From contig JAGIQG010000015.1 of NCBI GenBank assembly GCA_024679065.1, positions 26,970,001 through 27,034,000 of the forward strand: DNA of 64,000 bases, in the 5' to 3' direction. The notes under the pieces were generated by a model, which was given only the letters and a program-made list of their open reading frames with translations, ran no database searches and was not told the DNA's origin. Position numbers and translations under genes: made by a program. Each line of letters starts with the position of its first letter. Positions within the stretch are counted from its first letter, which is position 1. This document shows, one piece after another, positions 46,500 through 60,318 of the stretch. The DNA comes from Sphyrna mokarran. Its lineage: Eukaryota.

Positions 46500-47400
46500 A
46501 TAACACTAGCAAACTTCCCTGCAAGTATATTGGTCCTCATGTAGTTTAGGTGTAATCCATCTCTCTTGTATAGGTCCCACCTGCCCCAGAAGAGGTCCTA
46601 ATGATCCAAGAATTGGAAACCCTGTGCCCTACACCAGTTCCTCAGCCACGTGTTCATACGCCCAAGCATCCTATTCTTACCCTTACTGGCACGTAGTATA
46701 GGTAGCAATCTGAGATTACTATCCTTGGAGTCCTGCTTTTTAACTTCCTTCCAAGCTCTCCATACTCTCTCTTTAGGATCTTCTCACTCTTCCTACTCCT
46801 CATTGGTACTGATGTGTACCAAGACATCTGGCTCATCATCTTCCCACTTTAGAACACTGTGCACACGATCAGAGACATCACTGACCTTGGCACCCAAGAG
46901 GCAATAAACCATGTGGGAGTTTCTGTCCCAACTACAGAACCTCTTATCTGTACCTGTGACCATTGAGTCCCCTATCACCACTGCTCTACTCTTATTCCTC
47001 CCACCCTTTTACGCTATAGAACCAGACTTAGTATCAGAATTCTGGCTGTCACAGCTTGTCCCAGGTAAAGCATCCTCCACAACAGTATTCAATTCAGTAT
47101 CCCTGTTTTGGAGGGGAATGGCCACAGGGGAACTCTGCTCTGCTTGTCCTTTCACATTTCCATTTCCGCTCCTGACAGTAACCCAAGTTCCTGTCTCTGC
47201 TGCTTAGGTGTAACTACTTCCCTAAAGCTACTGTCTATATACTTCTCATTCTCCTGAATTAGACAGAGATCATCAAGCTCCTTCTCCAGTTCCCCTAACA
47301 TCCTTTGCCCGCAGCTGCAACAGGATGCATCTTTTGCAAGTGTTGTCATCAGGGATACATGAGGTCTCCCTGATCTCCCACATCCTGCAAGAGGAGCATT
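46500..47400 (-). pseudogene. CR1 ORF1 remnant (SGNH/esterase-like)
   Basis: Fragments VIGDSMV (GDS motif), GAKVSDVSDRV, PDVLVHISTN, LGRKLKSRTPRIVIS; Cys cluster near the N-terminus. Confidence 0.82.
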
Positions 47401-49130
47401 CCAACATTCTTGCCTGGCTTTTTTTTGATTTTTCACTCTGGGGAAAAACAAGAATAAAGTTCCCGAAAAGAAAAAAAAATCTACTCTTGCCTCTGCCTGT
47501 TCTCGTCGAAGCCTGTTTTGAGCCAAACTCCTTCAGCCTTCACTCTGCTCCCTCTCACTCCACTGCTCATTCTCAACGTTGCCCACTGTATAGTGCGGCC
47601 CGCTCTTTATACCTCCCGCTCACCACTGGATGATGTCAGGCTTCTGTACAGCCTTGAGAAAAACAAACTCAACCTTCCAGAATCCCCTGCCTCCGACTTC
47701 CGCTTCCCTTCATTTAAACCTTGAAAAGATGACCACTTTTGCTTTGCAAATTATTTCTATAGCAGTGATTAGTGTTACTAAATATTTCTACTTAAGCATA
47801 TATCTTCAAATGAAAATTTGTAATAAAAACAATTAGAACTTGAGTTCAGTCCTCTTAGAATCCTTTATTCTAATGATGGCTGTTTCTTTTAATTTTGGGA
47901 AATTACACTTGAGTTAAGTACTTAAAACAATGTAAATACCAAATCCTTTTGACATATTTCAACTATACCTGGATCCGACTCCCTTACCCATGGTTGCATT
48001 AAATCAGCCGTTCTGTCTGTGCACTGCAATACGTAAAAGTAAAAGACCATGGACATTGAACTCTGAAATTAAACAGGAAATACTGAAACTACTCAGTTGA
48101 TCTGATGGGAGCCATGGAGAGGGAAACAGTGTTCCATCAGTATATTATATACACTGATTGTAGTCTCACTATTACCTGAGGAAGAAGTTGGAGGTCATGC
48201 ATTACTTCGGTTTTGGCTATTATTCAAAGAAATCCCAAAAGGAAATAACTATAACTGCTTCTGATAATGGCTCCCCGGAGAGCTCCAGCCTGTAGCAATT
48301 CTTCATTCACGAGAGGTCAAGGCTTAGAAATAGAAAGGACTGTGAATAATGTGTCTTGCCATCATCTGCACTTTAAAAACGATGCACATTTTAAAGAGAA
48401 ATGCAAGTTCCAATCATGCTGAGTCTCTTTGTCTCAGAATGTGTTAGTTCTGGGAGACCTCATGAACTCTTGGCTAATGATTCTTACATAGTTGCCGGCC
48501 CCCAAGTGAAAACATTTCAACCATTCATTGTAAATGTTATTGTTTGGAAAATGCAACTGTTTTCTTTTATATTTTAGATCTTGATATTATTTTGGTCAGG
48601 AGTGCTTAATTAAATGAAAGAGCTAAGATGACAATGGAAGGATTTCCTAAATAAATATACGTATGTCATTTTATTTTCACCATTTCAGCATTTTCATTTT
48701 TGATTCATAGCATTTGTCTCCAGCACTGGTGTATTTCATTCCTGCCTGCACTTGCTAATTGATGTGTTTTTCTCCCTGACTGTGGTTTCTTGCTGTTTAT
48801 GAACAAGGTAGTTCAGCCATTCAGGTGCAAGCGCACTGTGTAAGAAGTATGGTACTTGATGTGTGACATCTGAGACGTGACAAATCAAAGGTGACATCTG
48901 AATGCTAAAATGTGATTTTCATCTCTCTATAAATACCTGCATACATATCATGTCAGGTTTTTATTTTATGCACCTCTGCCCATTTTAATCTGTCATGCTG
49001 TAATCAAATCCTCCTGTGGTAGAAATACTACTGCGAGATATGTCTACACAGGGAGTTTGCATCATAAAAATGAACATCGGAATTTTTCAGGGAAAAAGCT
49101 GAAACTCTCACAATTAAGTATACGCAAAAG

Positions 49131-49455
49131 GGGCGCTATGGTGGCAGCGGTTAGCACTGCTGCCCCATAAGTCCACTGATGTGGGTTTGATCCCTGGCTT
49201 GGGTCATTATCGGTGTGGAGTTTGCACACTCTCCTGTATTTGTGCGAATTTCCTCTGGATGCTCCGATTTCCTCCCACAGTCGAAAGATATGTGGGTTAG
49301 GTAGATTGGCCGTGCTAAATTCCCCCTCCGTGTTCTATGGTGCATTGGTTAGAGGGATTAGTGGGGTAAATATGTGGGGTTGTGGGGATAGGGCCTGCCT
49401 GGGACTGTTGTTGGTGCAGAATCGAATGGCCTCCTTCTGCTCTGTAGGGATTCTA
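49131..49455 (+). mobile_element. HE1-like V-SINE
   Basis: Complete head, V-domain and tail. Confidence 0.85.
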
Positions 49456-49572
49456 GGAAAAGATAATTGACTTTAATCTAATTAATTGAGCTTTCTTTTG
49501 ACTACTTGAATACAGAATGACAGAATTCCCTTACTCATTCTTTTGTGTACATGGGGAAATTGGATGAAGTGT

Positions 49573-49925
49573 GGGGTGATGGCCTAGTGGTATTGTCGCT
49601 AGGCTATTAATCCAGAAACTCAGCTAATGTTCTGGGGACCCATGTTCAATTCCAGCCATGGCAGATGGTGGAATTTCAATTTCATATAAAAATCCAGAAT
49701 TGGGAATCTACTGATGACAATGAAACCATTGTCAATTGTTGGAAAAAGCCACCTGGTTCCCTAATGTCCTTTAGGAAAAAAAATCTGCTGTCTTTACCTG
49801 GTCTGGTCCATGTATGACTCGAGAGTCACAACAATGTGGTTGACTATCAGCTGCTTTTGAAGGGTAACTAGGGATGGATAGTAAATGCTAGCCAGCCAGC
49901 GGTGCCTAAGTCCCACACATGTATA
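49573..49925 (+). mobile_element. tRNA-derived SINE family B
   Basis: Collinear with 42755-43072. Confidence 0.82.
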
Positions 49926-50074
49926 AGTGTACCACTTTTTCCCTAACATCCCTGATTTGGAAAACCATGAACTCATTTTTATAACTTTACTACACCTAAA
50001 ACAGAAAGAAAATAGTTCAGTTATAACTGAGAATTTTAATTATCGACTGGACACAGTTGCAGATACAGTTTAGT

Positions 50075-50608
50075 TTCAAAGTTTATTTCTTAGTGTCACA
50101 AGTAGGATTACATTAACACCACAATGAAGTTACTGTGAAAATCTGCCAGTTGCTACATTCCAGCACTTGTTCAGTACATTGAGGGAGAATTTAGCTTGGT
50201 CAATACACCTAACCAGCATGGTTTTTGGATTGTGGAAAGAAACACAAGTACCCAGCGGAAATGCACACAGCCACATGGAGAACATATAGATTCTGTACAG
50301 ACAGTGACTCGACACTGCCTCACAGATCCAGGAATTCAGGTTCAATTCCAGCCTCGGGTCACTGGCTTCATGGAGTTTGCACATTCTCCCCCTGTCTGCG
50401 TCAGTGTTCCTCTGGGCACTCCAGTTTCTTCCCATGCTCTAAAGATGTTACAGGTTAGGTGGATTGGCCATATTAAATAGCCCCCTCAGTGTCAGAGGGT
50501 TTAGCAGGGTGAATATGTGAAGAAGGGAATGTGGCCTGGGTGGAATTGTTATTGGTGCAGGCTTGACAGCTGAGTAGTCTCCCGCTGCATAGTAGAAATT
50601 CTATAATT
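50075..50608. mobile_element. Head-to-head V-SINE pair: minus copy with alternative tail (50075-50300), plus copy with CR1 tail (50312-50608)
   Basis: Both V-domains and both tails visible. Confidence 0.8.
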
Positions 50609-51280
50609 CTGAATGTTGCAGTTTTAAAAATCTCCAGCAACAATTGAAACGTGAAGGAAAGATACTCCGCATTTGTATGTGATTTTGTTTTAGCACCAGA
50701 CATTAGTTTGCACCATCTAATGGGTACTTCAATTGAAATGAAAAAGCCTTAACATTTTGTGATGAATTTAATTCTGTCTATTCTGCAAAATAACAACTTC
50801 ATACCATTCAATGGTGAACTGGTGAGATGCAGTTTTCCTAAACTAATAGCAGAATGGCACAACTGCGTTAGCAACCTTTGGATGTTAGAGTTTAGAGACA
50901 CATTGCCATGATTTGAAGCATTTGTATACCAAAAATGGTGAGAGCCACGAGCCTCAATTGTTTTAGATGTGAATTAGGACCTGTTGTAAAATCATCTTCC
51001 CTACACCTTACTTGTTCTTAAGGTGGAAAATGTTTATTCCACAGTCTAACACTGAGCTATCCATTCATCTCTCGTGCTGAAACTCCCTCATTAATGTGCC
51101 TAACGTATCTTTAATTTTTTTAAAAAATCATGCTCTCTTCAGTTGTAAACAGGCCTTTTCAGTTTTTCTTTTCTCATTAGTACCAAACCCTCTGCTAGAA
51201 GTCCTTTTACTGCTACTTCAATGGCTTAAATAAGATTTTGTTTATTTTTTCTATTGGCCTCAGGTATTTTCTGGGATTAT

Positions 51281-51999
51281 TTTTATGACCCTGCATTGTT
51301 AGGGGGATGGCTGGTTAGCAGGTCATGTGATTTGGATAGTTTTTTTTTTCTTTCCTAGTGAATTCAAGGTTTGATTTTCTGTTTGGCCACTGGCTGCAGT
51401 TTGAGTTTAGAAGGGAGTGGGCATCAGATTGAAAGCAGTGTTTCTCTCTCTTCCTGGTATTGGAAATTCTGCTGCTTAACATGAAGTAAGGCTTCTTGTC
51501 TTTCTGGAGCAGAAAATCTGCTATTGGTGGTTAGCTTGCCTACATTCGCTCTCTCTCTCCATGGTGTTTTAGGAAGTGTCTCTGACTTCAAGCTGTTCTG
51601 ACTGTATGAAGAGGGCTGCTAGAAGTTACAAGGCTGAGGAGTTAGAATTTTAATTCTCTAACCATAGGACTCAGTTCCAGTATAACTAGTATTTGCTGTA
51701 TTAAACTTGTGATAAAAGTTTTACCTATGGCTGGAAGGGTGTTTGTCTGTTAAGGTTATACATTATCATGGTTGTTTTGTTTTTGTCTGTAATTGGTAAA
51801 GGGTATTGCTAATTTTCTTTCTGTACATGTTAACTGTGTTTTTAAATAAACTTTCTTTGATAAAAGCTCCCTAGTGGCTCATTTGAATCATACTTGAGGT
51901 GAAATTCCTTTTGCTCGCCCCAGCTAAATTCAAGTTGCAAAACTTATGATCCAGGCAGACTTCAGAAAACACTTTGGGTTTCTGATCTGAATTATAACA
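51281..51999 (+). mobile_element. Probable solo LTR
   Basis: T(T)TTATGA...TTATAACA inverted termini, internal AATAAA at ~51845, T-rich U5-like part. Confidence 0.4.
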
Positions 52000-53118
52000 G
52001 TAATACAAAGAGAAAAACAGGTATTTGCATCATCTTGTCTCATAATACAAAACGCTAACAAAAGTGTGATTGTGAAATGCTGTCAGAGCAAAGGCATTGA
52101 TATCACACTAAACCATTGTATCAGCTATTTATAAGAGTCTGCACAGTCTATGTTCAGAAAATAAATCCTCCAATTACACTGGTGCATTTTTAAGAATTTA
52201 CTGCTACAATCCTGCAAAAGTCAGAGGAATGCAAGCGATGAAAGGGTTTTTCTTTAAGTCACATAGGGACATTGCCACTTGCAAAGCTTAATGAAAATAC
52301 TAGACTTTACTCTCTGTGCTAAACATAGGACTGTAGAAAATTGCTGTATTGTGGGGAAGTTGAAATGTCATGCCTATCAATATCATGACCACATCTCTTT
52401 ACCAATCCCATTGAGAAAACAGATCCCAGAATTGCACCAGACTATAGATAGCACTGTCAACAACTTGCTTGTTACTTTGTGTTCATGTATCCATCCTTTA
52501 GATTTCTCCAATATTTCAGGTAGACTTTCCATTAACTCTACTTTGAGTGATGTAGCAATGGCAATATGAGCGCTATTACTGCCAGTAACTCCTCTTCATC
52601 CAACAATGCAATATATGTCCCCCCTGGCCCCCCAAGGCCTCCTCTGAAGCAATGTATTTAAAGAATGGGCAGCATGTCAAATAAGACACTTACACAGAGG
52701 TAAAGGCCCAGGCAGTGCTGCTTGGGCACTATCAGTTCAGTGAACATACAGATGTGAACACTCTGTGAAGTACATTCAGAGTGCCTGCTCTCCTTCTGAT
52801 CTCACTCAACCAAGCAAGTCACAGGTTCCCCCAACTAAATGGGAGGGTGTGCAATGGTCCAGACTACTGCAGGCTGACATATCAGTGCTTGTTCCGAACG
52901 TCTTACTCCAGCAATCAGCAAGAACATTGAACCATAACTTTGTAGTAGTATCGGAGAAACCAAACTCGTTCATCCTTCAGATTACTTTGGCTGTAGCCAT
53001 TTCTAATTTACCTGAATGTCTGCCAATCACATTTTTTGTTGTATTGAGTGAGAGTGAATCATTACAACTTAAAAGGACAGCAATGTGCTGATTCTCTGAG
53101 TTCGCTGGCGTGGAGGGT

Positions 53119-53455
53119 TGCACGATGGCACAATGGTTAGCACTGCTGCCTTTCAATTCCAAACTTGGGTGACCATCTGCACGTTTTCCCGGTGCCTGTG
53201 TGGGTTTCCTCCAGATGCTCTGATTTCTCCCACAATCCAAAGATAGGCAGGTTAGGTGGATTGACCATGCTAAATTGCTCCTTAGTGCCTAAAGATGTGT
53301 AGGTTAGGAGCATTAGCTGTGGTCAATGCAAACGTGGAATGGATAGGCCTGGGTTAAGATAATTTTTTGGTGAGTCAGTGCGAACTCGATGGGCCAAATA
53401 GTCTCCTTCTGCACTGCAGGGATTCTATGGTTCTATGGTTTGATAGTTCTATGGT
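53119..53455 (+). mobile_element. HE1-like V-SINE
   Basis: Head GCACGATGGCACAATGGTTAGCAC; (TTCTATGG)n tail. Confidence 0.85.
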
Positions 53456-54104
53456 TATTTCTGGATTCCATTTGAAAAAATGTTGATCAAAAGAGCAGTA
53501 GAGTCACCTAACACTCGGAGCAGTATGATAGATAAGTGGCCAACATGATTTTGGCTATTGTAAATCCGTAAGAGTTCAAAAGTAAAAAAGTAATGATTCA
53601 TTTATTGAAGATATTAGTTGGGATGCTGTTGGAATAATTTTGCTGTTGCACAGTTTTGAACTCTCTAAGGACATTAAAGCTATTTGAGCCAACAGCATAA
53701 AGTCATTAGTATGGTGTCAAGCATGAGAAACCATAGTCCTGAGGAGAAGCTTGAGATACAGAGAATATTCTCACAGTGCAGGATAAGCAGAAGTTTAATG
53801 GATGTTTTTGAAATATTGAAAAATTCGTAAAGAGTGGATGGGGAAGAAATAGTCAGCGAGTCTATTACATAAAGTCATTGATTTACAATGACCACTAAGA
53901 AAGCAAATAAAATGATTAAGGAGAATTTTTTTCACATAGAGGAGTTTTAGAAAATGCAAGTCTCTGCTACGGAAAATGGCTGATGTGGCCTTAAGGAAAA
54001 TGGATGATATCTGAGAGTGATGCAAGAAATTGAAAATACAAATAGAAGGTTATCAAAATAGAAATTGAAGAAAACACCAAGATTGTATTTTCTCAAACAA
54101 AAAT

Positions 54105-54412
54105 TATAGAATCTCTAAAGTGCAGAAGGAGGCCATTCAGCCCTTCGAGTCTTCACCGACCACAATCCCACTCAAGACCCATTCCCATAACCCTACATAT
54201 TACCCTGGTAATCCCCTGACACTAGGGTTAATTTAGCATGCCAATCCACCTAATCAGCACATCTTTGTTGGATGGTGGGAAACCAGAGCACGCTGAGGAA
54301 ATCCATTGACATGGGGGGAATGTGCACACAGATAGTGACCCGAAGCTGGAATTGAATCTGGGTCCATAGCATTGAGAGGCAGCAGTGCTAACCACTGTGC
54401 CAACATGCCACC
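54105..54412 (-). mobile_element. HE1-like V-SINE
   Basis: Reverse complement of the consensus seen in the other copies. Confidence 0.85.
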
Positions 54413-54973
54413 CATGTAATGTAATGGAGAATGTAATGTATTGGAGAAAGCATATTTCTTGGATTTGAACATACTTTCATGGATACTGCCCAAAAAGCCT
54501 GGAAATATTTGGCAGCTTAGGCGGAATCTGTAGAGATCAGTTTGTTGGCCTTGCCTTGTGACTGATGGAAGTTGGTGATCTCATAAATATAGAGGCAGAG
54601 GAAGGAAGAAAAAATGAAAAGTGCAAAAAGAGAAGCCTGTGACAGAATGGAAAGCAGAAGAGTTTAAATGGTGTTGCAAAATTCTAGCTCATGATTCATG
54701 TATTTTCAAATATAACTTTTAGGTTCAGGAAATTAAAGTAGAATTTCCCAGTCTGGCCTCATCATATGCAGGATGGGAAAACGTGGACAGTAAGGAGGAA
54801 ATTTTTCCATCCCACCTGCCAAAGGAATCATAGCCAGCAGGGAATGGACTGTGCAAATGTCCATCGACCTCAGGTGGGATTTCCGGTTTTGGGACAAAAC
54901 CCTGCCCTAAATGTCAATTGAGTTCTCCAAACTTTTCTATCCTGCTTATGATAATGCTAGCTGCTAGCAGAAG

Positions 54974-55268
54974 GTGGCATGATGGCACAGTAGTAAGAAC
55001 TGCTACCTCAAAACATCAGAGACCTGGGTTTGATTCCCAGCTTGGGTCACTGCGTGAAGAGTGCACGTTCTCCCTGTGTCTGCATGTGTATCCTCCACGT
55101 GCTCCGGTTTCCTCCCACATCCAAAGATATGCGGTGTGTTGGCCATGCTAAATTCTCCTTCAGTGTAACCCGAACAAGCGCTGGAGTGTGGCAACTGGGG
55201 GATTTTCGTAGTAACTTCATTGCTGTGTTAATGTAAGCCTACTTGTGACACTAATAAATAAACTTTTA
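54974..55268 (+). mobile_element. V-SINE, alternative tail
   Basis: Tail GTAAGCCTACTTGTGACACTAATAAATAAACTTT. Confidence 0.85.
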
Positions 55269-55827
55269 CTCTAACTGGAAAATCCCAGTCTTAATGTTTT
55301 AATCATAGAAAAATTGAATTTAAAACTAGTAAACGCCTGATGTAAATCAAAGCAATTATTCTGCAAGGTTATTACATTTAAAATGTCACAAGGGTCAAAA
55401 AACAGCAAATGCAGAAATTTGAACAATACATAATGTAGTTGAACACAGACACTGAAAATGGCAATAGAAAAGGGAAACAGAGAAAAGAAACTGACCTCCC
55501 AGTTATTAAAAGACTGAACCTATTATCTGGAAAATAAAACTTCTGGGCAGATTGAAATTGTTTGAGGCTACATAAAGGGGTGCAGAGCCATCCAGACTCA
55601 GTAGTTGCAGTTTGGACCTGATGCATTTTGCAGCTTGCTAAGAGTTAGTCAATGTAAATTACAGTTACCAGCACTTTAGATGACAGCACTTTAAGCAGAG
55701 CAAAAAAATTTCATCAACCACTGTGTGGAATGTTGTGAGGGAACAAAAACTGGACGGTTGCCTAGTCTGATGTTAGTGGAAGAATCTACAGTGGGCCTTA
55801 CAGAGTCTTGAGGCAAAGAAAGCACCC

Positions 55828-56035
55828 TATGACACGAAGGGACAATTTTAGCCTGGCCAATCAACCTAACCTGTACATCTTTGGACTATGGGAGGAAACC
55901 GGAGCACCAATGAAAACCAATGTAGACATGGAGAAAATATGCAAACTCTACACAGACAGTCACCTGAGGCTGGAATTGAACCTGGGACCCTGGTGCTGTG
56001 ACTCAGAAATGCTAACCACAGTGCCATGATGATGC
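55828..56035 (-). mobile_element. HE1-like V-SINE, head and V-domain only
   Basis: GGGAGGAAACCGGAGCAC..GGAATTGAACCTGGG..TGCTAACCAC. Confidence 0.8.
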
Positions 56036-56477
56036 CCTTTTATTAGAAAATGGACTGGAAAAAGTAACAAATAATACTCAATTCATAACATGTTCGAGTA
56101 TTAAGACTGATTTTTAAAATATCTTTTACAAGCAATAAAGTTTACTTTTTAAAAACGAGCGTGAAATCTTGTGGCATATTTCAATTGGGTAAAATTAAGT
56201 ATTCAGATTTCTCCGAAAAGATTAATGCTCTATATGTTATCAATTAAAATATATCTGTAATCTCAAGGGCACTGAATATTCATTGAACGAAATTTACTCA
56301 GTTATCTAATAATCATGAGTGTGCACCAATAGAAGGAATATTTTATGATATATACATTGTCTCACCACAGCACACTTCACTTCATGAGACACAGTGCTTG
56401 TTGCAATTCTTAGCCTGGGATAATTCTGGGCCTATGTCAGTTCATTTCTATTTATTACTTTTCACTTGAGACAGATA

Positions 56478-56814
56478 TTTTTTATTCATTCATGGAACAT
56501 GACTAGTATTTATTGCCCATCCCTATATGCCTTTTAAGAGCAGTTGAGAATCAATGTCATTGCTGTGGCTCTGGAGATACAAGTAGGCCAGACCAGGTAA
56601 GATTTCCTTCCTGAAGGGTTAACCAGATGGGGTATTCCAACGATTGACAATGATTTCATGGTCACCAGTAGATTCTTAGTTCCAGATGTTTTTATGTACT
56701 GAATTTAAATTCCAGCTATCTGCCATGCCAGGATTTGAACCTCAGTCCTCAGAACATTCGCTGAGTTTCTGGATTAATAGTCTAGCAATAATACCACAAG
56801 GCCATCGACTCCCC
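56478..56814 (-). mobile_element. tRNA-derived SINE family B
   Basis: Reverse complement of 49573-49925. Confidence 0.82.
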
Positions 56815-57049
56815 GGCAGTCTCCAATAAATTGATAGCTGAATATTACATCGCAGTTAGTACTCAGAATTGGTTTTTCAATCCAAATTATTGGTGTTTAT
56901 CACCCACATGAACTGAAGTCTGGATACCATGGATCCATCCTGTTCACATAATAATGTATTTGAAAGCCTCATGGGCCTCTTTGTGAAAAGTTAACTAACC
57001 AGGTCACCATGGCCATCTGTGTGTGGAGCCACTGAAAATGGGTGAGATT

Positions 57050-59048
57050 TTTAATTAATATTTCTCCTCGATGTTTACTGAAGAGAAAATCATGGATGCT
57101 GAAGTAATAAGGGAAACAAGTGGTGATGTCTTGTGCATATTACCAGAAAGGAAGTATTTGCAGCCATAAAGCGCATTACAGTAGATAAATTCCCTACATC
57201 CTTGTGCACCTTTGGATCTTATAGAAGGCTAGGGAAGAAATTGCAGAGGCCTTTGCAGAGATATTTGCTTCATCCAAAGATGTGTGGGTTAGATTGATAG
57301 GGCCATGCTGAATTTCCCCTTTGTGTTGGGGGTTAGTAGGATAAATAAGTAGCGTTATGGGAATAGGGCCTGGATAGGATTGTAGTTGGTGCAGACTTGA
57401 TGGGCCAAAAGGCCTCCTTCTGCACTGTAGGGATTCTATGATTCTATAATCTCTTTCCATTGGCAAAGTTCAGGAACATTGGAGGTGGCTAATGTTGTTT
57501 CATTATTTAAGAAGAGTAGTAAAGGCAAGCCAGAGAATTACTGGCTGGTGAACCTGATATCAGTGATGGGTAAGTTACTGGAGGGTATTCTTGCTAGATA
57601 TTTGGGAACTTCAGCTTAATTTTGACTAAAACCCAATCTGCATATTTCCGATGTTTAGTGCAACCTCCCAGATTTTTCTTGGCTGACTCTGTAATGTTGA
57701 ATTTTGTTGGATATTTAGAATAACTTGGGTTCATAAATACAATCCTATATTTTGTGGTTCAGTGCTCACTAATCATTTTGACTATCAGCAGAGTACCAAC
57801 ATTTAGATAATCAGGGTCTGATTCGGGATAGTCAGCATGGCTTTGTGTGTATGAAGTCATGTCTGATGTATATTTTACAGTTTTTTGAAGAGATAACCAG
57901 TAGAATGAATGAGTTGTCTATACGGACTTTAGCAAGGCATTTGACAAAGTCCTGCACGGCAGGCTAGTCTGGAAGGTTAAGTCACATGGAATCAGGAAAA
58001 GCCAGCTAATTGGATTCAAAATGTTAGAAAGCAGAGGATGATGGTCGAAAGTTGTTTCTCGGACTGGAGGCTTGAGACTAGTGGTGTGCCTCAGGGGTTG
58101 GTGTTGGGACCCTTGTTATTCATTATTTATAAAAATGATTAGAATGTAAATGTACAAGTCATGGTTAGTAAGCTTGTGGATGATTTTAATTAGGAGTTAT
58201 AATTGATAGCAAATAAAGTTATCAAAAATTACAGGGGGATCTTGAGCACTCAGGGAAGTGGGTCGAGGATTGGCAAAGAGATTTGAATATAGATAAGTGT
58301 GAGGTGTCGCATTTTGGAAACTCAGATCAGAATAGGGCTTTTACATTGAATGGTAAGGCCCTGGGGAGTGTTGAGGAACAGAGGGACCTAGGAGTATAAG
58401 TACATAGTTTGTTGAAAGTGGCATCACAGGTAGACAAGGCAGTGAAGGAGACTTCCTTCAGTCAGCACATTGAGTATGGGAGATGGTATATTATGTTGCA
58501 AGTGTTTAAGTCATTGGTGAGGCTGCACTTGGGAGTATTGTGTACCGTTTTGGTCACTCTGTTATAAGAAAGACATTGATAAACTGGAAAAAGTGCGAGG
58601 GAGATTTACAAGGCTGTTGGCCAGGTCTAGTGGGCCTGAGCTATAAGGAGAGGTTGGCTAGGATTTATTCCTTGGAACATAGGAAAATGAGGGGTGACCT
58701 TACTTAGGTGCATAAAATCATAAGGAGCATCAGGATGAATGCACATAGACTTTTTCCCAGGGAATGGGAATTGAAAACTAGAGGGCATAGGTTTAAGGTA
58801 AGAGGGGAAAGATTTAAAAGGGAGATACAACTTCTTCATGCAGAGACTGGTGCGTATATGGAATAAGCTATCAGACAAAGTGGTTGAGACAGGTTCAATA
58901 GCAACATTTAAAAAGCATTTGGATAAGTACATGGCTGGGACAGAATTAGAGGGATATGGGTCAAACACAGGCAATTAGGACTAGCTGAAATGGCATCATG
59001 TATGGTATGGACCAGTTGGGCTGTTTTCGTGCTGCATTGCTCTATGAC
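57050..59048 (+). mobile_element. Decayed CR1 ORF2/3' end with a nested truncated V-SINE (57272-57447) and an unknown insert (~57595-57800)
   Basis: CAGCATGGCTTTG (QHGF), GACTTTAGCAAGGCATTTGACAA (DFSKAFDK), GGTGTGCCTCAGGGG (GVPQG), 3' UTR and tail. Confidence 0.85.
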
Positions 59049-59052
59049 TCTA

Positions 59053-59172
59053 CCTGCGAAATTTTCCCATCCCAGGAATCGGAAGAGGGGAACATGGATC
59101 ATGCAAAAGTCCATTAACCTTAGACAAGATTTTCCAGTTTTGGAGTGGGCAGGGACAGAAAGTCCTGCCCCT
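59053..59172. mobile_element. Short MITE-like element
   Basis: Homologous to 15470-15596. Confidence 0.5.
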
Positions 59173-60171
59173 ATGACTCTCTTGTAAAAAAGTCTTACGT
59201 TTAATTCTACATCTATGTTGTATCATTTCCCTTGGCTCAACCATTGGAAACATTCTATATGGAAATGTGCTTACAATGCACTAAAGTGATTGGTAGAGAA
59301 CTTCTATTATAACATTGGCACTAGGCAAAAAAATCTCCTCTGTACAATAATGCTCCTCTTCCATTTAGTAAATACCCAATGTAATTTTGTACAACAATAA
59401 CTCCGGAACTATATAAATAAATATGAAAGAAGAATGGGTAAATTGCCTGACACACTCATTCCAATGAGATTGTCCTGTCCGAACACAATGTAATTTCTGG
59501 ACACTATCTCTGCAATTTCCTCTATGCACCATGCAATCTGTTAAGAGAAACAAAATTCAGGAAAAAAATGCAGATGAATTTTGGAAAAGAAATAGCCTAG
59601 GCAATTTTTCTCTAATTTGAAAAGGTGCTCAATTTAGTTCCAAGAGGCCACAGTATTTGAACGACAAACCCCGGCATACTATTTGCTCTCAGGAATTTGT
59701 CCATCTCCCTTTTGACTGCTTTGTAGCAAAGCTATGCTCACAGAAGACATCAGAAATTCACATGTTGAGAACTCTCTGGAATTAAGTGTTTCCTGGTACC
59801 GAACCTACTGGATTGCATTTGTAACTTCTATTTTCCACAGCACTTCCTAACCTACCTAACTTTACTGGTGCAATTGCCCCTTTACATCGAATAGAATTTT
59901 GTCATAACGACAGTTGCGTCATGGAAAGGATGAATTTTGAGTTCCACTTACCAGCAACCGTTTTATAAACTTTAATACATGAAAAAAAGAAAGACTGATT
60001 CATTCAAGTCTTTGTTGCCAACCAAATGTATTTTGTTGTATCTAACCAACATTACCAATAATCACAAAATGACACCGTCACAACACAAACAAAATCAAAA
60101 ATATTTTTTTCTAAATGGCATTAAAATCAATTACACAAAATTCAGTAATTTACTTATCGAGTAAGAAAATA

Positions 60172-60318
60172 ATTGGGAATTAAGGGTTACGGAGAGAAAG
60201 CGGGAAAGTAGTACTGAATCATTACTGATCAGCCATGATCTTATTGAATGGCGGGGCAGGCTCGAGGGGCTGGATGGCCTACTCCTGCTCCTATTTCTTA
60301 AGTTCTTATGTTCTTATG
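60172..60318 (+). mobile_element. CR1 3' tail, (TTCTTATG)n
   Basis: GATCAGCCATGATCTTATTGAATGGCGG..GCCTACTCCTGCTCC. Confidence 0.82.

Larger units (their letters stand above)
43571..47720 (-). mobile_element. Near full-length CR1-clade LINE (HER1-like), disabled
   Basis: Collinear ORF1 and ORF2 fragments on the minus strand; 3' end with TTCTATGG-type tail at ~43571; multiple frameshifts and stops. Confidence 0.92.
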
